Assembly: GCA_001244265.2 (NCBI GenBank)
Contig: CDLV01000004.1
Location: forward strand, 2,790,001 to 2,854,000
Length of the DNA: 64,000 nt
From: Microbotryum violaceum
Taxonomy: Eukaryota
Reading direction: 5' to 3'
Shown here one piece after another: positions 62,301 through 64,000 of this stretch (position 1 is the stretch's first letter; each line of letters starts with the position of its first letter). A program made the position numbers and the translations under genes. The notes beneath the pieces are model-generated. The model worked only from the letters and a program-made list of their open reading frames with translations, was not told where the DNA came from and made no database searches.

Positions 62301-64000
62301 ACCGCGTTTGAAGCTATCACGTACGTGCGCACCTAGAAGACGTGCCGAAGAAATTAGTCGGCCTTCAGTTCACGACGCACAGTTAAATCACGCAGAACAT
62401 ACCTTGGTGCCCGCAATTGGGGGATCATCGGAGTTGAAGATCGCCTGTAGCTCTTCTTGACTTGAATAGGTGATTGAACCTCCTTCGACCCCAATCACAG
62501 TGTGCCGTTCTTCGGACGTGAAGTTGTCATAGATTGGGGTGGTCCGAATCCGGGGTCTCAAACAAGTATCGTCCACATGGAGGTTGAATGTTGCAGCGCC
62601 GGTCGAGATTTCACTGGCAACAACAGCAATGTGTTCAAGGTCCTTGTCCAAATCGTAGTTTGTGTACCGTGTTCCGAACTTGTCTGTGATACGAGCAATT
62701 GAGGCAGGCGATGTACGAATTCAGTAACCTGGCTCACAGCAGACAACAACATCAGCCCATTGTACAACTCACTGAAGCTTCCGATTTGATGACGCGCCGA
62801 TAGACATTTGCAGGACTCGCAGGGCAGCAGGCGATGCCATTGCAATGGCTTGCTCAAAGTTGACCAAAGCTTGGGTTCGCACAAATCCACGCATTGTCTT
62901 GCCGGCATCTGTTCGTTCGCTCTTGGTAACCGCAGCACGGATCATGCCATCCAAAATAGTGTGACCTTGCAATTGGCCGGACGCCATCTTCTGCGCAAAT
63001 CGGAGGAACAGGCTTGGCTTGTCGTGCGAGTTAAAGAGTTCCTCCAGACCATTGCACCGTCGATATATCGACGTGACGAGCGTGTCCCCAGCGCAGAACC
63101 TCTTGTTGGTGAACCTCTGCGTCTCCGTGGGCGCCGCTTTATAACGAAGAACCGCTGTAAAGAGACAATTGCCGGCTACCTTGAGGCATTCCTTACAAGG
63201 ATTGGCCCGTAGTCCACTAGTTGGGCTGTATCCTGCTGCTCCCAGACATGTCCTGCTCTTGACGCACTGCAAGACATGGTCGTTGCGCCATTCTAGAACG
63301 TCCCTCTCGTGAAGATTCACCTGCGTCCCCTCGTCCTTGTCAAGTAGGATATTTTTCTCGACTTTTTTAGCTGGGTACACCTGTATGATGAGATCCCTTC
63401 GTCTTGAGGCACCACCTCCTGGAGCGGATGTGCACGTTGGGTAATCCAGACAAGTGGGAGTTGTAAGACTTGGGCAAGGCGTGATGGCGTCAGGAGTCTT
63501 CGCCCATGTCGAGAAATCGGAAACCTTGGGTAGTAACCCAGTGATGCGGGGATTCAAACGGTTGGTGCGGCAGCTGGCTCCTTTGAGGTGGTCTCTGAAT
63601 CGAGACGGTCGGAAACTCCCTTTGACCCTGATGTGCTTGCGGCAAGCACCACAGATTACGACGCGCAGGTTGGTACTGGGTGCTTTTGAGCCGGGACATG
63701 CCTCTTCGATCTCGCGGGTATACCGAGTCAACTTCTCTTGAAGCTCCAGCGCCTTTGCCGCGTCGTCCATTGCGCTTTGCGTGCGGGCTTTCGATCGCGA
63801 ACCTCTTTTTTCTCGCATCTCGGATTCATCGACGGGGTGCTTGGGAGGCCTGACTACAACCGGCATCGTTGGTGTTCCAAACAGCCTTGACCAATCTCCA
63901 CGAAGCTTTGCCACAGGTGCAGAAGCTACAGTCGGCGGTAGTGGGATTGATGGCTGTGCTCGTAAAGGACGACACGGAAGTGCAGCATCAAATGCAGTAT
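59399..64000 (-). pseudogene. Large multi-exon P-element-like DDE transposase pseudogene (5' end beyond the window)
   Basis: N-terminal CxxC...H...C; LHVDDTCL; SISAHGAATE; RDEKHVAKNC*NAL (D-x2-H-x2-K-x2-RN type); DRQDDNA; PWRHGTEMVEHFFGTLR (E-x2-FG-x2-R type). In-frame TGA at ~61955. Confidence 0.65.

Overview
Eukaryotic DNA, not prokaryotic: GT-AG introns with CTRAC-like branch sites and TCG->TTG-type nonsense mutations suggest a basidiomycete fungus (Microbotryomycetes-like; inference). About 85% of the window is a nested transposon cluster. Terminal repeats and target-site duplications (TSDs) let its history be reconstructed. A two-gene KDZ (Kyakuja-Dileera-Zisupton) element with ~120-bp CACCTC termini carries an uncharacterised accessory gene; a second, diverged element at 210-2545 has the same terminus and the same gene. 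A Mutator element (DDE+SWIM+Ulp1) sits inside the KDZ left TIR with an 11-bp TSD. A CACTA/EnSpm-type element with an unusual 7-8-bp duplication lies 13 bp away. Two near-identical Ty1/copia copies inserted into the CACTA and Mutator elements, and a chromoviral Ty3/gypsy inserted into one copia. The 9.4-kb segment 20600-29990 is inverted between the two copias: their TSDs are swapped, and the split CACTA transposase rejoins in frame. Also present: a rearranged gypsy, a non-autonomous hAT-like element, a DUF6729-like element with TIR and TSD disrupted by a third copia, and a P-element-like transposase pseudogene. Only two apparent host genes occur: a 5-exon secreted Cys-rich protein and a Ser/Pro-rich disordered protein. 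Family assignments come from recognised motifs; no database searches were run.
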